A stretch of 64,000 nt of DNA from an uncultured Ruminococcus sp. GTDB taxonomy: Bacteria > Bacillota > Clostridia > Oscillospirales > Acutalibacteraceae. Of the stretch, positions 28,235 through 37,714 are shown piece by piece. Every line of letters begins with the position of its first letter. Position 1 is the stretch's first letter. The notes below the pieces were generated by a model, which was not told the origin of the DNA, did no database searches, and saw only the letters and a list, made by a program, of their open reading frames with translations. The stretch spans positions 7,051 to 71,050 of the forward strand of contig CADCOE010000045.1 of NCBI GenBank assembly GCA_902802985.1, in the 5' to 3' direction. The translations under genes and the position numbers were made by a program.

Positions 28235-28837
28235 TTAAAAAGATTTAAAAATTGACTTAAACTGAAATACTTCATTTGCTATGTTATTGATGTCAGACTG
28301 CATAAATGTGGACATCACACAAGCTCCCGCTGCACCATTGGCATAAATATACGGAAGTCTTTCTTTTGTAATTCCTCCCACAGCAAGAACGGGAATACTG
28401 ACCGCATAGGCTACTTGCTGCAAGAAATCAAGTCCCCTTGGCGGCATTCCTCTTTTACAGTCGGTTTCATAAATGTGTCCTGCAATAAGATAAGATGCTC
28501 CCAGTCGTTCCGCCTCTTTTGCTTCTTCGGAACTATGTACAGACACACCAAGTATTCTGAATTCTTGTACCAATGCAGGATCAGCTTGCAACACTTCAAA
28601 GGATACGTGAAGATCACTATGTATTTCACGAGCTATATTAATAAACCCATTCACAGAAAACGGTACATCATATAATCGGCATATCGACTGACAATCATAA
28701 GCATAAGTCCGATACTCGTCTTCCGTCATCTGCTTTTCCCGCAAAATAACTCTGTCGGGGTGGGACATTGCAATTTCCTCTATACGAGCAAGAAAATCAT
28801 CATTGCAAAGCTTTTTTGATGTAATAACATAAAGCAT
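28235..28837 (-). CDS. thiE: thiamine-phosphate synthase
   Basis: It belongs to the ThiE family (ILREK, GVSVHS, YLIAGHIYET, VLAVGGI). The start was set at ATG 28837 (RBS gagga); the track start is a TTG. Confidence 0.85.
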   Translation of the reverse strand: MLYVITSKKLCNDDFLARIEEIAMSHPDRVILREKQMTEDEYRTYAYDCQSICRLYDVPFSVNGFINIAREIHSDLHVSFEVLQADPALVQEFRILGVSVHSSEEAKEAERLGASYLIAGHIYETDCKRGMPPRGLDFLQQVAYAVSIPVLAVGGITKERLPYIYANGAAGACVMSTFMQSDINNIANEVFQFKSIFKSF

Positions 28838-28848
28838 AGTTTTTGTCC

Positions 28849-29961
28849 TCAAATAAGTCTTATATAGTCATTAAATGACGGTTGCAGTCCACGTGCATAT
28901 AATCCCTGCACGACTTCTTCCACCGAACGGGGGTCACTGATCTCAAACTGCTCGTCACCTTTTTCTTCTTCACTTCTTCCGCCAATACCAACACAAACGC
29001 CTGCCGAAATCTTGGTTGCTGCGATGGAGACAGCGTTGTCACGAAATTCACTTCTCTCTCTGGTAGATATGGTAATGCCGGCAAACGGAAGTAATATCCG
29101 ATAAGCACACATCACCTGCATCAACTGCTTTTCGTGTACCTCTCCGGGATTTTCTTCGGCATTATTAATATAAGGACGCAAACGCGGCACAGACAAGGCA
29201 ATCTCTGCGTGAGGGTATTTTTTTTGCAGCAAAGAGGCATGTACACCTACAGAAAATGCATCATATCTGAAATCATCAATTCCCAGCAGTGCGCCAAATC
29301 CAACGCCTCTCATACCTCCCTGTATGGCACGCTCTTGTGCATTGATGCGATAGGAAAAAATACGTTTTTGTCCCGCAAGATGAACTTTTTGATAAGTTTC
29401 CGTATTGTAGGTTTCTTGAAATACGGTTACAAAATCCGCTCCCCGCTCGTGAAGATAACGATACTCTTCTACCTCAACCGGGTAAATTTCAAGACCGATC
29501 AGTGAAAAATACTTCTTGGCAAGTTCTACAGCATCACCTATATACTCAATACCTGACATTCTTCTGGATTCGCCCGTCAGAAGCAGTATTTCTTTCAATC
29601 CCGTTGCGGCAATCGCTTGGTATTCTCTTTCTATTTCATCCAGCGTCAGCTTTGCACGGTGGATGTTATTCTTACAGTTAAAACCACAATAAACACATTG
29701 GTTCTCACAGTAATTGGCAATGTAGATCGGTGTAAATATGGCAACCGTATTGCCAAACTGACGTCGTGTCAACATTTGTGCCTTTTGTGCCATCTGTTCC
29801 AGATAAGGCAGGGCTGCCGGAGATAAAAGTGATGCATAATCGAAAAAATCTATTCTGTCTTTTTTCAGAGCATTTTCTACATCTTTAGAGGTTAACTTAT
29901 TAAAATCATAACGATGATAAAGGTTCAATACCTCGTCCATTATATTCATTTCTTCGGACAT
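28849..29961 (-). CDS. thiH: 2-iminoacetate synthase (tyrosine lyase, radical SAM)
   Basis: It has the CENQCVYCGF cluster and lies between thiG and thiE. The start was set at ATG 29961 (RBS aaaggaag). Confidence 0.9.
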   Translation of the reverse strand: MSEEMNIMDEVLNLYHRYDFNKLTSKDVENALKKDRIDFFDYASLLSPAALPYLEQMAQKAQMLTRRQFGNTVAIFTPIYIANYCENQCVYCGFNCKNNIHRAKLTLDEIEREYQAIAATGLKEILLLTGESRRMSGIEYIGDAVELAKKYFSLIGLEIYPVEVEEYRYLHERGADFVTVFQETYNTETYQKVHLAGQKRIFSYRINAQERAIQGGMRGVGFGALLGIDDFRYDAFSVGVHASLLQKKYPHAEIALSVPRLRPYINNAEENPGEVHEKQLMQVMCAYRILLPFAGITISTRERSEFRDNAVSIAATKISAGVCVGIGGRSEEEKGDEQFEISDPRSVEEVVQGLYARGLQPSFNDYIRLI

Positions 29962-29996
29962 ATTTGCACTTCTTCCTTTCAAAAATCACATCAAAT

Positions 29997-30770
29997 TTAA
30001 TCCTGTAAAAATCCTGTCAGTGGGCTGGAAGCCTCACCATGATTTTCAAGTACACGTCCCAATCCTGAGAGATAAGCCAGTCTGCCTGCTTCAATGGCTA
30101 GTTTGAAGGCTTTTGCCATTTGATTGATATTTCCCGCAGTAGCAACCGCCGTATTTGCCATTACAGCATCTACACCCAGCTCCATCGCCTCACAAGCCTG
30201 TGACGGTGCTCCGATACCTGCATCCACAATAATAGGAAGATCTATTTCATTGACAAGTATTTTGATAAAATCCTTTGTGCAAAGTCCCTTGTTGCTGCCT
30301 ATCGGAGCTGCCAGCGGCATCACTGCCGCCGCACCGGCATTGACAAGGTCACGTGCTGTATATAAATCCGGATACATATAAGGCAATACTGCAAATCCAT
30401 CTTTAGCAAGAATTTCAGTCGCTTTAACGGTTTCATAATTATCAGGCAGAAGATATTTGCTATCGCGTACTACCTCTACTTTCACGAAATTACCACAGCC
30501 AAGCTCTCTCGAAAGTCTTGCTATCCTCACTGCTTCTTCGGCATTTCTGGCACCCGATGTATTCGGCAGCAAAGTGATATTTTTCGGAATAAAATCGAGA
30601 ATATTTTCTTCTCCTCCCACATTGGCACGTCTGAGAGCCAGTGTGATGATTTCCGCTCCTCCATCCTCTATCACTGCCTTTATCATTTCGAGTGAGAATT
30701 TACCCGAACCGAGTATAAACCGTGAGTCAAATTCCTTTCCTCCGAGTATCAGCTTGTCTGACATTTCCAT
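29997..30770 (-). CDS. thiG: thiazole synthase
   Basis: 257 aa with ThiG-family motifs ([25 protein letters not shown]). Confidence 0.95.
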   Translation of the reverse strand: MEMSDKLILGGKEFDSRFILGSGKFSLEMIKAVIEDGGAEIITLALRRANVGGEENILDFIPKNITLLPNTSGARNAEEAVRIARLSRELGCGNFVKVEVVRDSKYLLPDNYETVKATEILAKDGFAVLPYMYPDLYTARDLVNAGAAAVMPLAAPIGSNKGLCTKDFIKILVNEIDLPIIVDAGIGAPSQACEAMELGVDAVMANTAVATAGNINQMAKAFKLAIEAGRLAYLSGLGRVLENHGEASSPLTGFLQD

Positions 30771-30781
30771 CTATCCTTTCT

Positions 30782-30815
30782 AAAAAAATCAACGAAGCAT
30801 ACAGGAGCTTCGTTG
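30782..30815 (-). terminator. intrinsic terminator (expression platform of the TPP riboswitch)
   Basis: On the minus strand a CAACGAAGC / GCTTCGTTG stem is followed by ATTTTTTT and ends about 12 nt before the thiG RBS. Confidence 0.75.
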
Positions 30816-30844
30816 AAACAATAATTGCTATACAATTTTCACAA

Positions 30845-30930
30845 AACTCCCTAACCGCCTTTACGGTCAGGTTCAATGTGTCACGGGTCACACCCAACTC
30901 TCAGCTCGATAATATCGGCTCCACAGCTTG
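30845..30930 (-). promoter_or_regulatory. TPP (THI-box) riboswitch aptamer
   Basis: The minus strand reads GGAGCC...GCUGAGAGUUGGGUGUGACCC...UUGAACCUGACCGUAAAGGCGGUUAGGGAG. It contains the conserved CUGAGA, ACCC, GAACCUGA and AGGGA blocks in the right order. Confidence 0.8.
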
Positions 30931-30955
30931 TTGATATTTAATTTAATTTAATATT

Positions 30956-30984
30956 ATTATATCGCTATTACATTCTATTGTCAA
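30956..30984 (-). promoter_or_regulatory. consensus sigma-A promoter of the thi operon (TTGACA-17 nt-TATAAT)
   Basis: On the minus strand the sequence reads ttgaca atagaatgtaatagcga tataat, about 20 nt upstream of the riboswitch. Confidence 0.65.
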
Positions 30985-31073
30985 CAATAATGAACATATG
31001 AAATTGTGATTTTGATATAAGATGTAATAACACAAGCAGCATAAAAACTCAATATAAGATGATATACTTTTCG

Positions 31074-31865
31074 TCAACTTCCTGCGCTTTCATAAGCCTT
31101 CAATCCTTGGTTCCAAACCATCAGTGAAAGTGCAAAAAATAATACGGAAATGATAACAACACCGCCAATATTAAAAAGCGGATCTTCCCCTGTGATCAGA
31201 TACAATACAGGATAATATCCCGTCAAGGCAAACGGGATGACGTAGGTAACAAAAAGCCGGATCACATTACTGTATATGGTAGTAGGATATTTGGCAAATT
31301 CATTCATTCCATAAACCATTTGTATGATATAACCACTGCTTTTAATCCGAAATGCCAATGCAGATGTCGAAATTTTGATAGCTGTATAAATTAACGTACA
31401 GAACGGTACACTAAGAACAAACAGAGTCATACTCAGCGGTGTGATACACAATCCGGCATTCGGTGCAGAATAGCAAATCAATCCAACACCCACCACCAGT
31501 TCTCCTATTGCATCCACCTGGAACGTTTCTGCAATAACGTGAAACAATGGATTGATCGGACGTGTCAGATATTTGTCAAAATCGCCTTTTCGTACAATAA
31601 AATAGCCAACACACCATAAATTATCCGTTAATAAATGATCCAATCCCTTTGGTATCTGAGAAAAACCATAAATAAATACGATTTGCTCAAAACTGAAACC
31701 TGCCAGCTGAGGTATCTGAGAAAAAATAATAAAAATAAACGCAATTCCTATTGCCTGATCAATCAGAAAACTCACCGCTCCGGTCAAGAAATCTGCTTTG
31801 TACTCCATCAAACGCTTGAGGTTTTGTATCGTTAAAATACGATAAATCTTTAATGCTCGCCGCAA
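31074..31865 (-). CDS. ABC-2 family (DUF990-type) transporter permease
   Basis: 263 aa with 6 TM. It has a TTG start 6 nt after AAGGAGGG, and the conserved YKADFL N-terminal motif needs this upstream start. Confidence 0.75.
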   Translation of the reverse strand: MRRALKIYRILTIQNLKRLMEYKADFLTGAVSFLIDQAIGIAFIFIIFSQIPQLAGFSFEQIVFIYGFSQIPKGLDHLLTDNLWCVGYFIVRKGDFDKYLTRPINPLFHVIAETFQVDAIGELVVGVGLICYSAPNAGLCITPLSMTLFVLSVPFCTLIYTAIKISTSALAFRIKSSGYIIQMVYGMNEFAKYPTTIYSNVIRLFVTYVIPFALTGYYPVLYLITGEDPLFNIGGVVIISVLFFALSLMVWNQGLKAYESAGS

Positions 31866-31868
31866 TGT

Positions 31869-32693
31869 TTACCCTCCTTGTACACTTAATTTTTTCACTG
31901 CACCGATCCATATTATCCTAGACAGTGCATAAGTGATCATCACCCATACCAACTGCATAATCAGTCGGAATATCATTTCATTAACATCATACTTTCCCAT
32001 GTAAATCATCACAGGTGTATAACTCATTGATGCAAACGGCATATATTCCAATATCATTTTCAGCCATTCAGGCATAAATGCCAGCGGAATTAATGCTCCA
32101 GAAAGAAAATTAATAATACTGTTTTTGAGAATACCTATTCCCCACAGATTTTTGACATAAAATGCTACAAAACCAAAACATAGGTTCACTCGAAATGAGA
32201 TAAGATAAGCAAATAGGATACTTAAAAGATATAACAAAAAGTTGATTGGCTGAAATTCCACCATACCAAACACACAAAAACGATATACCTCTAAACCAAC
32301 TATCACAGGCAAAGCAAATACGATCAGTTTCATCAAGGAACATCCAAGTTCTGTGGCAAGATAACTTAAATCTGTATTGACAGGTTTGATCAAACGCATT
32401 GAAATACTGCCGTCTTTGATTTCCTCGCCGATGTCGTTACTGGCTGAACTAAAAGTCAACTGTCCTGTTACATTGGATAAAAATAGATAAATAACCATAT
32501 CCGTCATTGAAAAGCCCATAAATGTTGCTCCACCGGAAGAAGTAAAAACCGCTTTCCAAAGATAGTACATCACAAAACAGTACACTAAACCACCTATGAC
32601 AAAACCCAGAAAATTCATTCGGTATGCAATCATTGTCTGCAAGCCTGCTCTCATAAACGGTATATACTGTCTTTTCAGTTTATTCAATTTCAT
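31869..32693 (-). CDS. ABC-2 family (DUF990-type) transporter permease
   Basis: 274 aa with 6 TM and a YRMNFL motif. It overlaps the ATPase gene by 14 nt. Confidence 0.75.
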   Translation of the reverse strand: MKLNKLKRQYIPFMRAGLQTMIAYRMNFLGFVIGGLVYCFVMYYLWKAVFTSSGGATFMGFSMTDMVIYLFLSNVTGQLTFSSASNDIGEEIKDGSISMRLIKPVNTDLSYLATELGCSLMKLIVFALPVIVGLEVYRFCVFGMVEFQPINFLLYLLSILFAYLISFRVNLCFGFVAFYVKNLWGIGILKNSIINFLSGALIPLAFMPEWLKMILEYMPFASMSYTPVMIYMGKYDVNEMIFRLIMQLVWVMITYALSRIIWIGAVKKLSVQGG

Positions 32694-33693
32694 CCGCCCC
32701 CTCTTTATACAAGCGGCGGATAATTTCCTCTATATCTGCATCTTTTACGGAAATATCCTTTACTTTAGTTATAGACAATGTATAATTAAGCATATCCCCC
32801 ACGGGTATTGCTTCACTGTTAAATCGAACATTAAAAATATTTTTATCGTTTTTTACGGTCAGATCTTCCCCTGACAAGTTTAATCCCTTATAGAATTTTT
32901 CAGGAGTAAGATGTTCCGACGTATCCGTTTCAAAGCTTAATTCTCTCATTTGACCATAATTTTGTTTTAATTTTCTAAGTGAACCATCATAAACATTCTT
33001 TCCTTTATCTATCATAACAATACGGTCACAAAGCAGTTCTATATCACTGATGTCATGGGTTGTCAAAATGACAGTAGTATGTTCTTCTTGATTGATTTTC
33101 ATAATAGCCCGACGAATATTATCCTTGACCACCACATCCAATCCTATCGTCGGTTCATCCAGAAACAGCACCTTCGGACTGTGCAACATTGATGCAGCAA
33201 TATCCGCTCTCATTCTTTGCCCAAGCGAAAGTGTACGCACTGGTGAATGAATAAAATCATCCAATTCCAACACTTCATTCAAAAATGACATACGTTCCCG
33301 ATATTTTTTATCACTTACTTCGTAGATTTCTTTCAGCACGGAATAGGTTTCCAAAAGCGGCAAGTCCCACCACAACTGCGTTCTTTGTCCGAATACCACT
33401 CCGATTTCACGCACATAATTTTTACGGTCATTCTGTGGTATTTTACCATTGATCCAACACTGACCCCTGGTAGGAGTCAATATCCCCGTCAGCATTTTGA
33501 TCACGGTGGACTTACCTGCTCCATTGGGACCGATAAAACCCAGTACTTCTCCTTTCGGTACGTGGAAGCTGATATTATCGGCAGCAACTACTATTTCCTT
33601 ATGTGGATGGAAAAGTGCTTTAAAACTACCTTTTAACCCGGGCTCTTTTACGATCTTCGTAAATTCCTTTCTTAAATTTTCTGCATAAATCAT
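32680..33693 (-). CDS. ABC transporter ATP-binding protein (partner of the two ABC-2 permeases)
   Basis: It has Walker A GPNGAGKST, signature LSLGQRMR and Walker B LFLDEPT. The start was set at ATG 33693, after AGGAGGAA. Confidence 0.9.
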   Translation of the reverse strand: MIYAENLRKEFTKIVKEPGLKGSFKALFHPHKEIVVAADNISFHVPKGEVLGFIGPNGAGKSTVIKMLTGILTPTRGQCWINGKIPQNDRKNYVREIGVVFGQRTQLWWDLPLLETYSVLKEIYEVSDKKYRERMSFLNEVLELDDFIHSPVRTLSLGQRMRADIAASMLHSPKVLFLDEPTIGLDVVVKDNIRRAIMKINQEEHTTVILTTHDISDIELLCDRIVMIDKGKNVYDGSLRKLKQNYGQMRELSFETDTSEHLTPEKFYKGLNLSGEDLTVKNDKNIFNVRFNSEAIPVGDMLNYTLSITKVKDISVKDADIEEIIRRLYKEGADEIE

Positions 33694-33864
33694 AAATTCC
33701 TCCTGTGTTGCTATGTCAAAATGGATCAATCTTTCTAAAATGATAATGAAATGCGTAGATGTTCGTTAATTATAACAAATACTTTCTTTTTTGTAAAGTT
33801 TTTATAAAAATAGCATTTTTAAGTTATCAATAGTCAGGATGGTATAAAACAAAAAGTCAGAGCT

Positions 33865-34806
33865 TTAACTCCGACTTTTCTTCGATTTCTGTTTGGATCG
33901 TTTTTGGGCATTGGCAACAACTGTCCCTGACTTGGGACGATAATAAAAACGCCCGTGCACTGTATCAGATTTTGTAACGTTAATAAATGCTCCCTCGTCA
34001 ATTTTGATAATTTCCGACACTACACGATGAGTTTCATCCGATGAAAGTACGGAATAAATCATATTTCTTTCTTTTCCTCTATACATTCCCACACCCTTAA
34101 ACAAGGTTCCATCGTGATTGGTGCTGTCTTTAATAATCTGATAAATTTCCCGTGGTTTTTCTGTAATAATAAAAAGTGTTTGTTTTTGGTAGCGTTTGTA
34201 CATCAACTGTATCACTGTTGTGGAGACATACTGCAGAATAATCGAGTACATTGCACCCTTCCAACTAAACACAACACCCGAATAAATCAATATAACAACA
34301 TTTCCTGCAAAAATATAATTCCAGGCATCTTTGCCGTAACGTTCCGAGATAAAAATAGAAATAAAGTCTGTTCCACCACTAGTGGCATTGGACAGCAGAC
34401 ATATACTGATTGCCGCACCGTTAAGAATACCACCAAATATGGCACACAAAAGAATATCATCCGTCAAATAAAAGGAGGGAACAATATCTGTCAACAACGA
34501 AGAAAACAAAATGAATATAAGAGAATAAATCGTAAAACGTTTTCCGATAAACTTAAAACTGATAATCGCCGGAATGGCATTGAGTGGAATATAAATTAAA
34601 CTGAACGGAAGCGATATATCCAGAAACTGCGAAAAAATCGTTTGTATCAATAATGTCAGACCCGTAAATCCCCCTGCCAACAATCCGGAAGAATGAAGAA
34701 AATTATTAATATTAAACGCATACAGAAGAGCTGCCAGAACAATCGAAACAATTCTAAGAGCCTCTTTACCAGTATTTTTCAGAGTCATTTTGACCTCCAA
34801 AGCCAT
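33865..34806 (-). CDS. YitT-family membrane protein (5-6 TM plus C-terminal DUF2179 domain)
   Basis: 313 aa with GGFTGL and SGGTDFISI motifs, a soluble C-terminal domain and a basic tail. Confidence 0.8.
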   Translation of the reverse strand: MALEVKMTLKNTGKEALRIVSIVLAALLYAFNINNFLHSSGLLAGGFTGLTLLIQTIFSQFLDISLPFSLIYIPLNAIPAIISFKFIGKRFTIYSLIFILFSSLLTDIVPSFYLTDDILLCAIFGGILNGAAISICLLSNATSGGTDFISIFISERYGKDAWNYIFAGNVVILIYSGVVFSWKGAMYSIILQYVSTTVIQLMYKRYQKQTLFIITEKPREIYQIIKDSTNHDGTLFKGVGMYRGKERNMIYSVLSSDETHRVVSEIIKIDEGAFINVTKSDTVHGRFYYRPKSGTVVANAQKRSKQKSKKSRS

Positions 34807-34836
34807 CGCTTCATTTTTACATCTGTTGTTCTTTAT

Positions 34837-35259
34837 TTACATATTGTGATCTCCAAAATCACCGCCGTCAAAATCAATCAATTCACTTTGACGCATTTTC
34901 ATTCTGAGCCTGTCCTTCTCTACCGCATCAGACAATTTCTCCCGAAAATCCCGAGAATGTTTAATATTTTTAATTTCAAGAGTAGGACTGGACTTATCGT
35001 GTGAATAAACAATGATCGTTCCGAGTCCGAATAGTTTCTGCATAAATGTACGGGTATAAGATACATCCACTACACGATACAGTAATATTTCATTCTCGAT
35101 ACTCTTAAAAAAACCTTGTTCAATAATTAATTTTTTCTGTTTCAGTGTGTATTTTGTGAAAGTCCACGGTATCCCTAAAAATTTCCACCGTTTTCTTTCC
35201 TTGATAATAACCTCACTTGTTGGTTGTTCATTTTTGTTATCATTAATATTTTCTTCCAT
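34837..35259 (-). CDS. bacterial PH-domain (bPH_2/DUF304-like) protein lacking the usual N-terminal TM hairpin
   Basis: 140 aa with YTLKQKKLIIEQGFF...ILLYRVVDVSYTRTFMQKLFGLGTIIVYS. Confidence 0.65.
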   Translation of the reverse strand: MEENINDNKNEQPTSEVIIKERKRWKFLGIPWTFTKYTLKQKKLIIEQGFFKSIENEILLYRVVDVSYTRTFMQKLFGLGTIIVYSHDKSSPTLEIKNIKHSRDFREKLSDAVEKDRLRMKMRQSELIDFDGGDFGDHNM

Positions 35260-35285
35260 AACAAACCTCGCCTATCTTGATATAG

Positions 35286-35672
35286 TCAGCCCATACCGAC
35301 CTTATTGAATTGCCGCAGCCCCAGTTCCAGCAAGGCTGCTGCTACACAACCTATAAAAATGTATGTAAACAATGTAGTACTAAACGGTCCTCCTATAATA
35401 AAGCTTCCAATCTGGCTGTCATAAAAAGCGTTATACCATTCGACGCTGAACTCTCTAAGCACCTGCAACCCACAACAAATAAATAAATCCAGTATCAGCA
35501 ATACCCAAGCAGCAGCTTTTTTTAATATAATAGAGAGCAGAAAATAAATTCCTCCTGTTATCAGCGTAAAGCTTGTATAATACCAAAACCAATCGCTGAG
35601 TGTTCTTGTCAGATAACCACAAACTAAAAATGCGACAGCTATAATAAAATATCTTAGCTTATCTCGTTCCAT
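35286..35672 (-). CDS. hypothetical 4-TM membrane protein
   Basis: 128 aa with four hydrophobic segments. It overlaps the upstream HAD gene by 19 nt. I recognise no family. Confidence 0.55.
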   Translation of the reverse strand: MERDKLRYFIIAVAFLVCGYLTRTLSDWFWYYTSFTLITGGIYFLLSIILKKAAAWVLLILDLFICCGLQVLREFSVEWYNAFYDSQIGSFIIGGPFSTTLFTYIFIGCVAAALLELGLRQFNKVGMG

Positions 35673-36322
35673 ATATCCACCTCCAACAATTCATCAAATC
35701 CCATAACAAACTTGTCAGCATTCTCTTTCAATGTAGTAATGTTTTCAGTTGAAGCTTGATCAAAAACCGCCACTGTTTTCATTCCTGCCTTTGACGCACC
35801 GCATATTCCTTCAGGAATATCCTCAAATACAACACAATGCTGCGGATTTACCCCCAGTTTTTTGGCAGTATAAAGATAAATATCCGGAAATGCTTTGTTT
35901 TTCCCCACTTCCGAAGTATAACATATTTCGTCAAAATAGCACTCAAGGGCGTTGCTGCACAGCACGGGTTCCAAAAGATACGGATTAGAGGATGTTGCCA
36001 TACCAATTTTAATCCGGCGATTTTTCAATTCTCGAAGATATTCATGAACCATCGGTTTGGCTTTTACATTTTTTTCATATTCATAACGTGCCATATCCAG
36101 CCAGATCTGAACAATTTCTTCAACACTTTCGGTAAAATGATATTTATCTATGGTATACTGTGCCGCTGTTTCAAAAAACATTCCACGCACAGTATCCGTA
36201 TATTCTTTTGTAACAGGAATACCTCGTTGGGTAAGAAAATCTCTGTCTACCTTTTCCCATACATACATTGAGTCAATAATCGTACCATCCAGATCGAAAA
36301 TGGCAGCCTTGTTTTTTGACAT
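35654..36322 (-). CDS. HAD-superfamily hydrolase (beta-phosphoglucomutase-like subfamily IA)
   Basis: It has motif I FDLDGTIIDS, motif II ATSS and motif IV VFEDIPEG. Confidence 0.85.
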   Translation of the reverse strand: MSKNKAAIFDLDGTIIDSMYVWEKVDRDFLTQRGIPVTKEYTDTVRGMFFETAAQYTIDKYHFTESVEEIVQIWLDMARYEYEKNVKAKPMVHEYLRELKNRRIKIGMATSSNPYLLEPVLCSNALECYFDEICYTSEVGKNKAFPDIYLYTAKKLGVNPQHCVVFEDIPEGICGASKAGMKTVAVFDQASTENITTLKENADKFVMGFDELLEVDIWNEIS

Positions 36323-36432
36323 AAACTTGATAATACCACCTTTATTCTATATCACTCGACAGACTGCCCACCGACAAAATATAATAGTGTCTGTGCGTTG
36401 TCCGGTAATATTTTATTGATGCAGCAATAGAT

Positions 36433-36466
36433 AAAAAGCGGAAAAGCAGCAGCTTTCCCGCTTTTA
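36433..36466. terminator. bidirectional intrinsic terminator
   Basis: A GCGGAAAAGC / GCTTTCCCGC stem flanked by A5 and T4 runs. Confidence 0.65.
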
Positions 36467-36617
36467 TTATTATAACACACTGTGTTTTAATATGAAAGCT
36501 TCCTATATAGATAATTTATCATCTTATTTTTGTCTATTTTTCATAATAAAACACTTAAATATATTAAAAAATAATGAATAACGCTAAAATTCATCAACTA
36601 TCTTATCATTGTCCTGT

Positions 36618-37700
36618 TCACTCTATAATATTATCTATCGTTTCACGGGAGGGTAAAACAATTTCTGCATATGGCACGGGATCTTTACAATAACACCCCA
36701 ATGATGCAACCGCAGAACAATCCGACATCACTTTCAATGTATATTTCTGTGTGCTGTCGACAGCAAAATCAAAAATTGGCTTCAACAAAGCTTTATCCAC
36801 CTTTTCAAGACATTTTTTCTTGGCTGTTACATCTCCAAGCAAACTATAATCACGAGGAAGCTTTGTATAAATATACAAACTTCTGCATCCATTCTCAAGT
36901 TCTTTCAATGCTTGTTGTGCCAGTTGATTGGTATATACTGTTTTCATTTTTGCAGAAACTGCCATTCCACACATCATCAAATCATCAGATACCAGCGTTC
37001 CTTTTTTTGTGTGGATACCACGAGGCATTTTTCCCGGTTCCCATAGCCATACCGAATTAATGGAATTCTTTCCTTGTGCCATACGTTGGATATTCAAGGG
37101 ATGATCTTTCAACAATTCATTGCTTTGTACCATCAACTGATACAATGGATGAACAAAATTCCCTTGAGGAAGGATTTCATACACATTTTGTCTTTTGGAA
37201 CAATAAGGAGAAAACAGTGTTCCCGGATGAGGTTCTCCTTTCTTCCACAGTAAAATATGTTGAGCTTTCATTCCTTGACAGAAAGTAAAGATGTCATTAT
37301 TCAGTTTTTCAGCAAGAAAAGCAATCAGTTCTTCCGCTTCATGGTCAGTAATATCACTGCATACACCGAACATCGTTTTGTCTTCATAATCCCCATCATC
37401 GGATAAGGAAACAAAAGTACAGCAAAGCACTACTGCTTCATCATCAGCCTTAATGCCAAAGTATGCCGCTTCAAATGAAGCTCTGCTAAGATTGTCGATA
37501 TTGTCTGTGGAAATGTCAAGTGACTGCATTGCCGCAAACTGACAGGGGATGTTGTTACAGGTATTTTGATAGCCTGATTTTCCCTGTCGAAACAAGTAGT
37601 CGATATAGGGTGTATCGGCAGCTTCAAGAGGAGTTTTTCCTTCAAGCTGCTCTGTTGGTCTGTCGGACATACCGCCAAGAATGACGGTGATATTGTTCAT
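36618..37700 (-). CDS. cofactor-independent phosphoglycerate mutase (ApgM)/alkaline-phosphatase-superfamily homologue with degenerate active site, 360 aa
   Basis: The N-terminus VILGGMSDRPTEQLEGKTPLEAADTPYIDYL and the C-terminal KDPVPY align with ApgM blocks (DGxGDRP..L.GKTPLE.A.TPNMD and GDPVP). The metal and nucleophile positions differ. The gene starts 14 nt after the FtsX gene stop. Confidence 0.6.
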   Translation of the reverse strand: MNNITVILGGMSDRPTEQLEGKTPLEAADTPYIDYLFRQGKSGYQNTCNNIPCQFAAMQSLDISTDNIDNLSRASFEAAYFGIKADDEAVVLCCTFVSLSDDGDYEDKTMFGVCSDITDHEAEELIAFLAEKLNNDIFTFCQGMKAQHILLWKKGEPHPGTLFSPYCSKRQNVYEILPQGNFVHPLYQLMVQSNELLKDHPLNIQRMAQGKNSINSVWLWEPGKMPRGIHTKKGTLVSDDLMMCGMAVSAKMKTVYTNQLAQQALKELENGCRSLYIYTKLPRDYSLLGDVTAKKKCLEKVDKALLKPIFDFAVDSTQKYTLKVMSDCSAVASLGCYCKDPVPYAEIVLPSRETIDNIIE

Positions 37701-37714
37701 CTTGTGTCCCCCTT

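Noticed and set aside
30771-30846. Search for a hidden thiS between the THI-box and thiG (also 5970-6209 next to the ThiF-like gene)
   Set aside because: The interval is filled by the terminator hairpin. Near the ThiF-like gene the only ORF is 8 codons (MATTILPA) and does not end in GG.
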